DNA of 64,000 bases, taken from contig JBAYHY010000003.1 in NCBI GenBank assembly GCA_041665885.1, forward strand, positions 4,529-68,528. The letters run 5' to 3'. Below are positions 37,708 to 46,366 of the stretch, piece by piece. The notes under the pieces were generated by a model. That model saw nothing but the letters and a program-made list of their open reading frames with translations, was not told where the DNA came from and did no database searches. Source of the stretch: Minisyncoccota bacterium (lineage in GTDB: Bacteria; Patescibacteriota; Minisyncoccia; Phycocordibacterales; UBA9973). Made by a program: the position numbers and the translations under genes. How positions within the stretch are numbered: position 1 is the stretch's first letter; every line of letters starts with the position of its first letter.

Positions 37708-37740
37708 GGCCCCCGAACTTTGTTCGGGGGCCATTTTCAT
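37708..37740 (+). terminator. GC hairpin + T-run immediately downstream of VR (terminator and candidate DGR cis hairpin)
   Basis: GGCCCCCGAAC-ttt-GTTCGGGGGCC followed by ATTTTCATTTT. Confidence 0.7.
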
Positions 37741-37988
37741 TTTGTCTTGAAGATTTGTTATACTGAAAATGGTAATAGGTGAATATGTGGGAAATTACGG
37801 TTTCCCGCCACCGAATCCAGTATCCATGCGCCCGGAGTATCCGCGATTATAATTTCGGATAGAGTGGTGCATGCAGAAACTTCAAAAAAGAAGATACTTG
37901 GCACGAAATATTAGGGCATTACGATGCCGAATACGATACAGCTTTGAGAGAATTCAAGGAGCAGTGGCATGGATGATATTTCGTGCAT

Positions 37989-38113
37989 TTCCGATGGCAA
38001 CCCGAATCTCCTCAACGCGAACCGCAATGACGAGGGCAGGTGGCTCAACGCCAATTACGACAACCCTGACAACAGGTGGAATCGTGACGATGGTTTCGCT
38101 TTCGTTTCGCAAG
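37989..38113 (+). repeat. DGR template repeat (TR), adenine-rich (encodes an Asn-rich frame)
   Basis: Non-coding copy of VR. In the VR frame it reads SDGNPNLLNANRNDEGRWLNANYDNPDNRWNRDDGFAFVSQ; AAC/AAT at every diversified codon. Sits between target gene and avd. Confidence 0.9.
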
Positions 38114-38118
38114 TTTTT

Positions 38119-38484
38119 TCATTTCTCTCTCGCTTTTACGGCGGGAGAGTTTTGTTTTTGGAGTTGTCCATTCCAACCCCCGAGCATTTTTCCAATTTCC
38201 TCTATTTTTACAGACAGAGCAATATATTTTTTATCGTCTATTGATTTTGCTTCCCACAGCACCATCAAAAGTATTTTCAAGGTATCTATTTTTCTAATTG
38301 CCAACCGAACCCACGGGCTTTTTTCTTCCCGAGACAAAAAAGTAGCGGTAGAAATTGCTTCAATAATTTCAATAAACAAAATATCTATCTTTTGTCCGAG
38401 GGAGTATTTATGTATTTTAGGCAAAGTTTGGTAAAAAGTAATCCAAATTAGATAACAGCTCTTAACTTTTGCCAGTACTGGCAA
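38119..38484 (-). CDS. avd: Avd-like DGR accessory variability determinant (four-helix-bundle protein)
   Basis: 121-aa basic helical protein; YSLGQKIDILFIEIIEAISTA...KIEEIGKMLGGW resembles Avd/four-helix-bundle family. Sits between TR and RT. Confidence 0.75.
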   Translation of the reverse strand: MPVLAKVKSCYLIWITFYQTLPKIHKYSLGQKIDILFIEIIEAISTATFLSREEKSPWVRLAIRKIDTLKILLMVLWEAKSIDDKKYIALSVKIEEIGKMLGGWNGQLQKQNSPAVKAREK

Positions 38485-38502
38485 AAGTTGGGGGGGGGGG
38501 GG
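38471..38502. promoter_or_regulatory. 12-nt perfect palindrome GCCAGTACTGGC followed by a 13-G homopolymer in the avd/RT divergent intergenic region
   Basis: Read directly: ttttGCCAGTACTGGCaaaagttGGGGGGGGGGGGGtact, between avd start (38484, minus) and RT start (38519). Confidence 0.6.
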
Positions 38503-38518
38503 TACTATTATAAATACT

Positions 38519-39550
38519 ATGTCCCATATTCAATTTATTCATACTTACGATACTATCACTTCTATTGAAAATTTGCTTCTGGCGTGGAAAGAATTTATTC
38601 TTGGCAAGAAGAATCGTAAAGATGTGCAAGAGTTTGAAAGGAATTTAATGACTAACATTATTCTGCTGCATCAAGACTTAGTAAATAAAACATACAAACA
38701 TTCTCAATATGAAGCATTTAATATTTCTGATCCGAAACCGCGGAATATTCACAAGGCGAAAGTGCGAGATAGGTTACTGCATCACGCTATTTGTCGAGTG
38801 CTTTATCTGTTTTTTGATAGAACATTTATTACCGACTCCTATTCGTGCAGAGTAAACAAAGGAACCCATAAAGCGATAAATAGGTTTAGAAAGTTTGCTT
38901 ATCAGGCATCAAAAAACCATACGAAAACGGTTTGGGTTTTAAAAGGAGATATAAAAAAGTTTTTTGCTAACATTAACCACAATATTTTAAAATCAATTCT
39001 TAAAGAACACATACAGGACAAAAATATTTTATGGCTTTTGTTTCAAATTGTAGATAGTTTTTATACTCAAAATTCAATCTACGCTATAGCGGAGATAAAA
39101 AAAGGTCTTCCTTTGGGTAATTTAACTTCGCAACTGCTGGTAAATATTTATATGAATGAATTTGACCAATTTATGAAACATAAAATTAAGGCGAAATATT
39201 ATATTCGTTATGCGGACGATTTTGTAATTTTATCTAGTGACAAAAAATGGCTGATAAATATATTGCCTCAAATAAAAGATTTTCTAGAAAACGAACTCAA
39301 GCTTTCTTTGCATCCCACAAAACTATCAATAAGCACGGTTGCCTCGGGCGTAGATTTTCTGGGTTGGGTTTTGTTTCCAGACCATAGAGTGGTTAGAACT
39401 ATTACCAAACAAAGAATGTTTAGGGGCATAAAAAAGAAACAAGGAAATTTTGAAACGGTGCAATCCTACCTAGGGTTACTTAGTCATGGTAATGCAAGGG
39501 GGCTAGAATGGAAAGTCAGGAACGATTCAGGGTTTAGTAGTGAAATTTGA
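38519..39550 (+). CDS. DGR-type reverse transcriptase
   Basis: RT motifs including YIRYADDFVIL (YxDD box) and the DGR-specific GLPLGNLTSQLLVNIYM (GxxxSQ in place of the QGxxxSP of group II/retron RTs). 343 aa. Confidence 0.9.
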   Translation: MSHIQFIHTYDTITSIENLLLAWKEFILGKKNRKDVQEFERNLMTNIILLHQDLVNKTYKHSQYEAFNISDPKPRNIHKAKVRDRLLHHAICRVLYLFFDRTFITDSYSCRVNKGTHKAINRFRKFAYQASKNHTKTVWVLKGDIKKFFANINHNILKSILKEHIQDKNILWLLFQIVDSFYTQNSIYAIAEIKKGLPLGNLTSQLLVNIYMNEFDQFMKHKIKAKYYIRYADDFVILSSDKKWLINILPQIKDFLENELKLSLHPTKLSISTVASGVDFLGWVLFPDHRVVRTITKQRMFRGIKKKQGNFETVQSYLGLLSHGNARGLEWKVRNDSGFSSEI

Positions 39551-39757
39551 CTCTTTTGGGATTATTTGCTAATATCAGAGCAAGGGAATATGGCTTTGAT
39601 TAATCCACTTTTCTCCTTTAAATTCATGCTCTCCTCTCCTTCGGGGAGGTCGGGAGGGGTTTAAAGAAAAAAAGTGACCCGTTCGAGTAGAACTCAGGGT
39701 CATGGTGAGTGAAAACGAACCATGAGATATTAACAGGGCAATCCTGATAAATTATTT

Positions 39758-39943
39758 ATGGCAAAAACATCAGTAAAAGCTAGGGCAGCAAAAAAACCAA
39801 AATTCTCTACACGACAGAAAAATCGATGTTTTCGTTGCGGGCGAGGAAATGGTTTTATGCGTGATTTTGGCATCTGTCGTATTTGTTTCAGAGAATTAGC
39901 AAACGAAGGAATGCTTCCAGGTGTTAGAAAATCTTCTTGGTAG
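39758..39943 (+). CDS. rpsZ: 30S ribosomal protein S14 (Zn-ribbon type Z)
   Basis: 61 aa with [25 protein letters not shown]. Confidence 0.95.
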   Translation: MAKTSVKARAAKKPKFSTRQKNRCFRCGRGNGFMRDFGICRICFRELANEGMLPGVRKSSW

Positions 39944-39954
39944 AATAAAATTTT

Positions 39955-40341
39955 ATGGATCAAATTTCAAATATGATAATAATAATGAAGAACGGAAGCT
40001 TGGCAGGCAAGGATACTGTAGCTTTTCCATATTCAAAGATGAAAAACGCGATTGCTGAATGTTTGAAGAAAGATGGCTATATTTCTGAAGTTTCTAAAAA
40101 AACAAAAAATGGACAACCGGTTTTAGAAGTCGAACTTATTTACATAGATAAAAAACCAAAAATTACTGAAGTGGAAAGAATTTCTAAACAATCCCGCCGG
40201 GTTTATTTCGGCATGAAAGACATTCATTCTGTCAGGAACGGTTCAGGCTTGCTGGTGCTTTCTACCCCCAAGGGGATTTTATCAGGTAAAGATGCTCGCA
40301 AAGAACAAGTCGGAGGCGAAGCCTTGTTTAGGCTGTGGTAG
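39955..40341 (+). CDS. rpsH: 30S ribosomal protein S8
   Basis: Position and conserved IIIMKNG...AIAECLKKDGYI pattern. Confidence 0.9.
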   Translation: MDQISNMIIIMKNGSLAGKDTVAFPYSKMKNAIAECLKKDGYISEVSKKTKNGQPVLEVELIYIDKKPKITEVERISKQSRRVYFGMKDIHSVRNGSGLLVLSTPKGILSGKDARKEQVGGEALFRLW

Positions 40342-40361
40342 TTTTTTTAGGTAATAAATAT

Positions 40362-40895
40362 ATGAGTAGAATAGGCAAACAAGAAATCTTAATACCAGCC
40401 GGAGTAAAAGTCACCCAAAGTGGCGATGTCATTACTGTCGTGGGCCCCAAGGGAACCCTTACTAAAATTTTTAGAGACGACATTGCCATTACTATTACCG
40501 ACAAAATGATAACTTTAAATATTAAAAGAAACGATAAGTTTTCCAAATCGCTCTGGGGCACTTATGCTTCACATATCAAGAATATGATCAAGGGGGTAGA
40601 GACTCCATATCAAAAGAAATTAATTTTGGAAGGGGTTGGTTTTAAGTCTGAGGTCAAGGGAAAAGAATTTCATTTTGCTCTTGGTTTTTCTCATCCCGTT
40701 GTCGTCGCTATTCCCGAAGGGATTACCGCCACCGCCGAGAAGAACGTCATTACTATTACTGGTATTGATAAAGAATTAGTCGGGAGTTTTACCGCAGCAA
40801 TTCGTGCTTTGAAAAAGCCGGAACCATATAAAGGTAAAGGCATGCGTTACGAAGGGGAAGTTATCAGACGAAAACAAGGTAAAAAGACCGTATAA
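40362..40895 (+). CDS. rplF: 50S ribosomal protein L6
   Basis: MSRIGKQEILIPAGVKVT... tandem alpha/beta domains; start set at internal ATG 40362. Confidence 0.9.
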   Translation: MSRIGKQEILIPAGVKVTQSGDVITVVGPKGTLTKIFRDDIAITITDKMITLNIKRNDKFSKSLWGTYASHIKNMIKGVETPYQKKLILEGVGFKSEVKGKEFHFALGFSHPVVVAIPEGITATAEKNVITITGIDKELVGSFTAAIRALKKPEPYKGKGMRYEGEVIRRKQGKKTV

Positions 40896-40900
40896 ATAAA

Positions 40901-41242
40901 ATGATTAAAAAAACAGACAAAAGAATAAGACTGAAGAAAAAAATCAGAGTAAAGATTAAGGGCACAGATGCGCGCCCACGTCTGACTGTTTTTCGTTCCA
41001 ATAAATTTATTTATGCGCAAGTTATTAATGACATGACGGGGAAAACTTTGGTTCAGGCGAGTGATGCAAAGATAAAAAAAGGAACCAAGACAGAAAGAGC
41101 CAAAGAAGTAGGAAAGGCCATCGGAGCTGCTTGTCTTGCCGCCAAAATTAAAAAAGTGGTTTTTGACCGCAACGGATTTAAATACACCGGAAGAATAAAA
41201 TTAGTAGCCGACGAAGCTAGGGCCGGGGGTCTAGAATTTTAA
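40901..41242 (+). CDS. rplR: 50S ribosomal protein L18
   Basis: RPRLTVFRSNKFIYAQVINDMTGKTLVQAS. Confidence 0.9.
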   Translation: MIKKTDKRIRLKKKIRVKIKGTDARPRLTVFRSNKFIYAQVINDMTGKTLVQASDAKIKKGTKTERAKEVGKAIGAACLAAKIKKVVFDRNGFKYTGRIKLVADEARAGGLEF

Positions 41243-41246
41243 TATT

Positions 41247-41843
41247 ATGGAAAAGACAAAAGACAACACAAAAGATAATACAAGAGGAAAGAGAAACAGC
41301 GGTCGTCGAGGATCGTCCTTCAATAGAGTGAAACCTGAATTTGATCAGAAGATTTTGAATATTCGTCGAGTTACTCGTGTTGTCGCTGGTGGTCGCAGAT
41401 TCTCTTTTTCCGTTGCTCTAGTGGCGGGAGATGGGAAGGGGGCTGTGGGGCTTGGCTTAGGAAAAGCCGGAGACACGGCTTTGGCTATCAACAAAGCGCT
41501 TCGAAATGCAAAGAAAAATATGGTTAGATTAAAACTCACGAAAACGATGTCTATCCCGCATGAACTGCATGCCAAATTTTCAAGTTCGCGTGTCATGTTG
41601 AAGCCGAATAAGGGCCGTGGGTTAGTCGCTGGGTCTGTGCTTCGTGATATTATCAATCTTTCCGGCGTGAAGGATATTACAGGAAAAATTTTGTCCAACA
41701 GCAAGAACAAATTGAACAATGCTAAAGCAGTAATGGCAGCTTTGGCTACTATTTCTATAAAATATGAAAAAATAGTTCCAGGAGCTACCGTTGTCGCTAA
41801 TAAGGAAGTTATTGTTCCGGAAATTGAAAAAGAATCCCAGTAG
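41247..41843 (+). CDS. rpsE: 30S ribosomal protein S5
   Basis: VTRVVAGGRRFSFSVALVAGDGKGAVGLGLGKA dsRBD core. Confidence 0.95.
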   Translation: MEKTKDNTKDNTRGKRNSGRRGSSFNRVKPEFDQKILNIRRVTRVVAGGRRFSFSVALVAGDGKGAVGLGLGKAGDTALAINKALRNAKKNMVRLKLTKTMSIPHELHAKFSSSRVMLKPNKGRGLVAGSVLRDIINLSGVKDITGKILSNSKNKLNNAKAVMAALATISIKYEKIVPGATVVANKEVIVPEIEKESQ

Positions 41844-41880
41844 TAGAGTAGAGCTCACTACGGGACAAGTAATAAAATAT

Positions 41881-42207
41881 ATGCAAATACATAATTTAAA
41901 AAGAGTACATAAGAATAAAAAAGACAGGATTGTTGGCCGTGGTGGCAAACATGCCAAGACTTCTGGTCGCGGAGGCAAGGGGCAGACGGCCAGAGCAGGG
42001 AACAAGCGCCGTCCAGAGCTTCGTGATATTATTAAGAAATTACCTAAGAATCGTGGATATCAATTCAAGTCTATTCAAAAAGTATATATCCTAAAGAAGG
42101 ACAAGCTCGTCTCTCAAAAAGATACAAAGAAAAACACCAAGCAAGAAAGTTTTTCTGAAATTAGAAAACGATTGGGAATCAAGGGAAAAAAAATCAGAAT
42201 AAAATAA
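41881..42207 (+). CDS. rplO: 50S ribosomal protein L15
   Basis: IVGRGGKHAKTSGRGGKGQTARAG motif; start set at ATG 41881. No L30 gene between S5 and L15. Confidence 0.85.
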   Translation: MQIHNLKRVHKNKKDRIVGRGGKHAKTSGRGGKGQTARAGNKRRPELRDIIKKLPKNRGYQFKSIQKVYILKKDKLVSQKDTKKNTKQESFSEIRKRLGIKGKKIRIK

Positions 42208-42282
42208 AAGACTTGTCCCGTACTAAATTTTTGATTACGGGGCATAAAGATGAAGATTATTAATTAAAATTTTAGTACTGGG

Positions 42283-43554
42283 ATGGAAAATTTCTTAAAC
42301 AAATTAAAATTAATTTGGACGGATAAAATTTTACGGAAGAAAGTTTTGTTTGTTTTTGGGGCTTTGGTTGTATTCAGATTACTCGCCGCTGTCCCTATTC
42401 CCGGGATTGACACCGTGGAGCTGACCAGATTTCTTTCCAATAACCAATTTTTTGGTATCTTAAACATATTTTCCGGTGGTGGACTTTCCAACCTTTCCAT
42501 CATCATGCTCGGAGTGGGGCCATATATCACCGGCTCCATCATTATGCAGCTTCTGACCATTATGGTGCCTGCTTTGAAAAGAATTTACCACGAAGAAGGC
42601 GAAGCTGGGCGAAAAAAATTTGCTCAATATTCTAGACTTTTGACCGTTCCGCTTGCCGCCATCCAGGGCTTTAGTCTTTTATATATTCTTGAACAGCAAA
42701 ATATTTTATATAATTTAACTGCTTTCGACCGTATTACCAATCTATTTATCGTTGTCGCCGGCTCGGTGCTGATAATGTGGATTGGTGAGCTCATGACAGA
42801 ATTTGGCATTGGCAATGGGGTGTCCCTCATAATTTTCGCTGGAATCGTCTCTAGACTTCCTTCTTGGGTTAGTCAAAACATTTTTACTTTCGATGTTTCT
42901 CAAATTCCATTGTACCTTGTCTTTGCTGTAGTGGGGATTCTTATTTTGGCAGGAATTGTTTTGGTGACCGAGGCAGAACGACCAATTCCGGTCACGTATG
43001 CGAAGCGTGTTCGAGGGATGAAAATGTACGGTGGTGGTTCTACGTATTTACCTTTGCGGGTCAATCAAGCGGGCGTTATTCCGATAATCTTTGCGCTTTC
43101 TATTTTACTTTTCCCTCAAATGATCGGTACTTTTCTTTCTAGATTTAGCAATGTAATTGTCGCAAAAATCTCCGGTTTTTTAATTGCTTTCAACCAAACT
43201 TCGGTTCTTTACGCTATCCTTTACTTTATTTTTGTGTTTATGTTTACGTACTTTTATACTGCTGTTACTTTCGACCCGGAAGAGCTTTCAACTAATTTGC
43301 AAAAAAATGGAGCTTTCATTCCTGGAATTCGCCCGGGCCCATCTACCTCGGAGTATATTTCAAAGGTTTTAAGTCGAATTACCCTTTTAGGAGCAGTCTT
43401 TTTGGGTTTTGTCGCCGTTTTGCCTCTCATTATGCAATTTATCACCGGCAATAAATCCTTTGCGATAGGGGGAACTTCTATCCTCATCGTTGTTTCTGTT
43501 GTGCTTGATTTGATTAAGAAAGTCGACGCGCAAGTATCAATGCGGGAATACTAG
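42283..43554 (+). CDS. secY: preprotein translocase subunit SecY
   Basis: 10-TM protein at the end of the spc operon with SecY-like conserved segments. Confidence 0.95.
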   Translation: MENFLNKLKLIWTDKILRKKVLFVFGALVVFRLLAAVPIPGIDTVELTRFLSNNQFFGILNIFSGGGLSNLSIIMLGVGPYITGSIIMQLLTIMVPALKRIYHEEGEAGRKKFAQYSRLLTVPLAAIQGFSLLYILEQQNILYNLTAFDRITNLFIVVAGSVLIMWIGELMTEFGIGNGVSLIIFAGIVSRLPSWVSQNIFTFDVSQIPLYLVFAVVGILILAGIVLVTEAERPIPVTYAKRVRGMKMYGGGSTYLPLRVNQAGVIPIIFALSILLFPQMIGTFLSRFSNVIVAKISGFLIAFNQTSVLYAILYFIFVFMFTYFYTAVTFDPEELSTNLQKNGAFIPGIRPGPSTSEYISKVLSRITLLGAVFLGFVAVLPLIMQFITGNKSFAIGGTSILIVVSVVLDLIKKVDAQVSMREY

Positions 43555-44120
43555 TTTTCATTTATCCACTTTTTATATCGAGAGATGATAGTGTCAACAA
43601 CCTTTTGTAGGTTGTTTTCATTTGTGTCGATAATTAAATCAAAGTTATTTTTATCTTTATTGTTTATCTTATACAAATCCCAGTATCTTTTTTGCTCACT
43701 TTCAAAGCGTTCTTTCATTTTTTCATAAACCTCATCAAGCGATGATACTTGCTCACTCTGTTTACGCAACGCATCATCTTTGATGCTGTTCAATATCCTA
43801 ACTTTTGCAATATCTTGAGGCAGTTCCAGATAGACCTTGAATGATTCGGGTATCCAGTGATATGCCGTCCGTGAATCAATGACAATTTTTTCTTCGTTTC
43901 GCATGTCTCGTAGTTTTTGATCAGTCATTTCGTCTATTTTTGAATCCGTTTCAGCTTTTTTATTTATTTCATTAATCGATAAACCCAATTCTAGTCCAAC
44001 CTGCCGAAAAAAATCCCCCGAAGAAAAATGTTCAAAACCCAAAATTTTTGCCACTTCTTTGGCGGTGCTTGATTTTCCGCTTCCTAGGTCCCCGCAGATA
44101 GTAATAATTTGTTTTTTCAT
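43551..44120 (-). CDS. cytidylate kinase-like P-loop kinase
   Basis: N-terminal ITICGDLGSGKSSTAKEVA P-loop and NMP-kinase-like length. Confidence 0.5.
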   Translation of the reverse strand: MKKQIITICGDLGSGKSSTAKEVAKILGFEHFSSGDFFRQVGLELGLSINEINKKAETDSKIDEMTDQKLRDMRNEEKIVIDSRTAYHWIPESFKVYLELPQDIAKVRILNSIKDDALRKQSEQVSSLDEVYEKMKERFESEQKRYWDLYKINNKDKNNFDLIIDTNENNLQKVVDTIISRYKKWINEN

Positions 44121-44142
44121 AATTTATGCTATTATAACACAT

Positions 44143-44730
44143 ATGAAATCACAGACTTTAGTATTTTTTGGAATAGTTGGTTCTGGGAAGGGAACTCAAG
44201 TAGAACTTTTGACCAATTATCTCAAGGATAAGGACAACAAAGATATATTATATGCAGGCACTGGAGAAGAGTTTAGAAAATTAATCGGCACAGAAAGCTA
44301 TACGGCTCGCCGGGTAAGAGATTCAATTTTAAAAGGGGAACTCCAACCTGATTTTTTGACCACCACACTTTTTACCAATACCCTTATTCATTCCCTGGGG
44401 GAGGAGGAACATTTAATCGCAGATGGTTACCCTAGAACAGTAGCTCAGGCAGAGAGTTTCGATTTGATGATGAAGTTCTTCAGGCGAGACAAAATAAAAA
44501 TTATTTACATTAAAATTAGCGAAGAAGAAGCCCTCAAGCGTAATTTGTTGCGAGGTAGGGAAGATGACACAGAGGGCGGCATTGCCAGAAGAATTGAAGA
44601 ATATAAAAACAATGTTATTCCGGCGATGGATTATTTCAAAGACAGGGACGGTTATGAAATTTGCACAGTGAACGGAGAACAGAGCAGGGAGGATGTTTAT
44701 AAGGATATGATTAAGGCCCTAGGATTTTAA
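44143..44730 (+). CDS. adk: adenylate kinase
   Basis: FFGIVGSGKGTQ P-loop, NMP-binding and LID regions; start set at ATG 44143. Confidence 0.85.
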   Translation: MKSQTLVFFGIVGSGKGTQVELLTNYLKDKDNKDILYAGTGEEFRKLIGTESYTARRVRDSILKGELQPDFLTTTLFTNTLIHSLGEEEHLIADGYPRTVAQAESFDLMMKFFRRDKIKIIYIKISEEEALKRNLLRGREDDTEGGIARRIEEYKNNVIPAMDYFKDRDGYEICTVNGEQSREDVYKDMIKALGF

Positions 44731-44734
44731 GGAC

Positions 44735-45412
44735 ATGGAAACAATTATTATTTCACTCGGGGGGTCTCTTATCGTGCCAGAAGAGATAGATATCGATTTT
44801 CTGAAAGATTTTAAAAAATTAATATTATCCGAAACCGCGAAAAATAAAAAATTTTTCATAATTACCGGAGGGGGCAAGATATGCAGAAAATATCAAAGTG
44901 CAGCCACCGAACTTTCCAATCCATCTTCCGAGGATTTGGACTGGATAGGAATAGCTTCTTTAAAATTAAACGCTGAATTGCTTCGGGTGATTTTTGGTGA
45001 GGATGCACACGGTAAAGTTATTTCAGATCCATCCTCTCAGTTTTCTTTTGACAAGCCGATAGTAATTGGTTCGGCCTTTGGGCCCGGACGCAGTACGGAT
45101 TGGGACGCCGTAGAGGGGGCAAAAAACCTCGGGGCAAAAAAAATAATTAATTTATCCAACACTGATTATGTGTATGACTCTGATCCTGAAATAAATCCGA
45201 ACGCGAGGAAAATCGAACAAATTTCCTGGGAAGGTTATCGCGCTCTTATCCCTTCGGAATGGAGCCCAGGGCTTAATTCACCATTCGACCCCATCGCTTC
45301 AAAAATAGCCGAAGAGGAAGGTATGACAGTAGTGATGTTAAACGGCAAACCGGTTGACAATTTGGCTAAATATCTTAAAGGAGAAAATTTTTTAGGAACA
45401 ATAATTTTATAA
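44735..45412 (+). CDS. amino-acid kinase family protein (UMP kinase / PyrH-like)
   Basis: IISLGGSLIV ... ITGGGKICR glycine-rich loops of the carbamate/amino-acid kinase fold. Confidence 0.55.
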   Translation: METIIISLGGSLIVPEEIDIDFLKDFKKLILSETAKNKKFFIITGGGKICRKYQSAATELSNPSSEDLDWIGIASLKLNAELLRVIFGEDAHGKVISDPSSQFSFDKPIVIGSAFGPGRSTDWDAVEGAKNLGAKKIINLSNTDYVYDSDPEINPNARKIEQISWEGYRALIPSEWSPGLNSPFDPIASKIAEEEGMTVVMLNGKPVDNLAKYLKGENFLGTIIL

Positions 45413-45432
45413 CATTAAAAACATAATTAACA

Positions 45433-46221
45433 ATGATAATAATCAAAACACCGGAAGAAATTGAAATACTGAGAGAAGGGGGCAAGAGGTTGGCTACCGC
45501 TCTTTATAAAGTGGGCGAGATGGTGAAGCCCGGAATTTCTACCAAAGATTTAGATGATTATGCTTATAAATTGATTAGGGAGATGGGGGATGAGCCTGCT
45601 TTTTTAAATTACAAACCGGAAGGTGCGGACTCGCCATATCCAGCATCAATATGTATTTCGGTAAATAATGAAGTAGTGCATGGAATTCCCAAGAAAGAAA
45701 AAATTTTGAAAGAAGGTGATATTGTTTCTTTAGATTTGGGGTTAAAACATGAAAATCTTTTTACCGACATGGCTATCACTGTCCCGGTCGGGGAAATAAG
45801 TTCCGCCACCAAAAAACTTCTTGAGGTCACGGAGAAATCGTTGAAAGCAGGAATCGAAGTTGCTCAGGGTGGTAACAAAATAGGAGACATTAGTCATGCA
45901 GTGGAGAGTTTTGTTCGTTCCCAAAAGAAGAATCAGCAATATGGAATCGTAGAAATATTGGCTGGACATGGAGTTGGGCGGGCAATCCACGAAGACCCAT
46001 ATATCCCGAATTTTGGGAAGAAGGGGGTGGGAGCGAAGCTTGTACCGGGCATGGTTATAGCCATAGAGCCGATGGTGAACAATGGAACCAAGAATGTGGT
46101 TTTGGATAAAGATGGTTGGACTTTCCGTACAGCAGATGGTAAAAAAAGTGCCCATTTTGAACATACCATTTTGATTACTGATGGTGAGCCGGAAATTTTA
46201 ACGAAGATTACAAAAGATTAA
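45433..46221 (+). CDS. map: type I methionine aminopeptidase
   Basis: Pita-bread fold with conserved metal-ligand regions (VVHGIP, DIVSLDLG, HGVGRAIHE). Confidence 0.9.
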   Translation: MIIIKTPEEIEILREGGKRLATALYKVGEMVKPGISTKDLDDYAYKLIREMGDEPAFLNYKPEGADSPYPASICISVNNEVVHGIPKKEKILKEGDIVSLDLGLKHENLFTDMAITVPVGEISSATKKLLEVTEKSLKAGIEVAQGGNKIGDISHAVESFVRSQKKNQQYGIVEILAGHGVGRAIHEDPYIPNFGKKGVGAKLVPGMVIAIEPMVNNGTKNVVLDKDGWTFRTADGKKSAHFEHTILITDGEPEILTKITKD

Positions 46222-46366
46222 ACTTTTTTTGGTACGGATTTTTTGAAAACTAAAATGTAACAATATCTCGAAAGAAATTTTTGCGCCTTCGCCCTCGGAG
46301 ACATAAGGGCAGGGAACCCACGACGCTTAAAATTCCTTCCGAGATATTTGTGTTATAATATAGCAA

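Noticed and set aside
37871-38434. ORFs 37871..38434 (187 aa) and 37969..38244 (91 aa) on the plus strand
   Set aside because: They run through the template repeat and antisense to avd. The Asn-rich segment is the non-coding TR read in the VR frame, and the rest is low-complexity translation of the avd antisense strand. No independent coding support.
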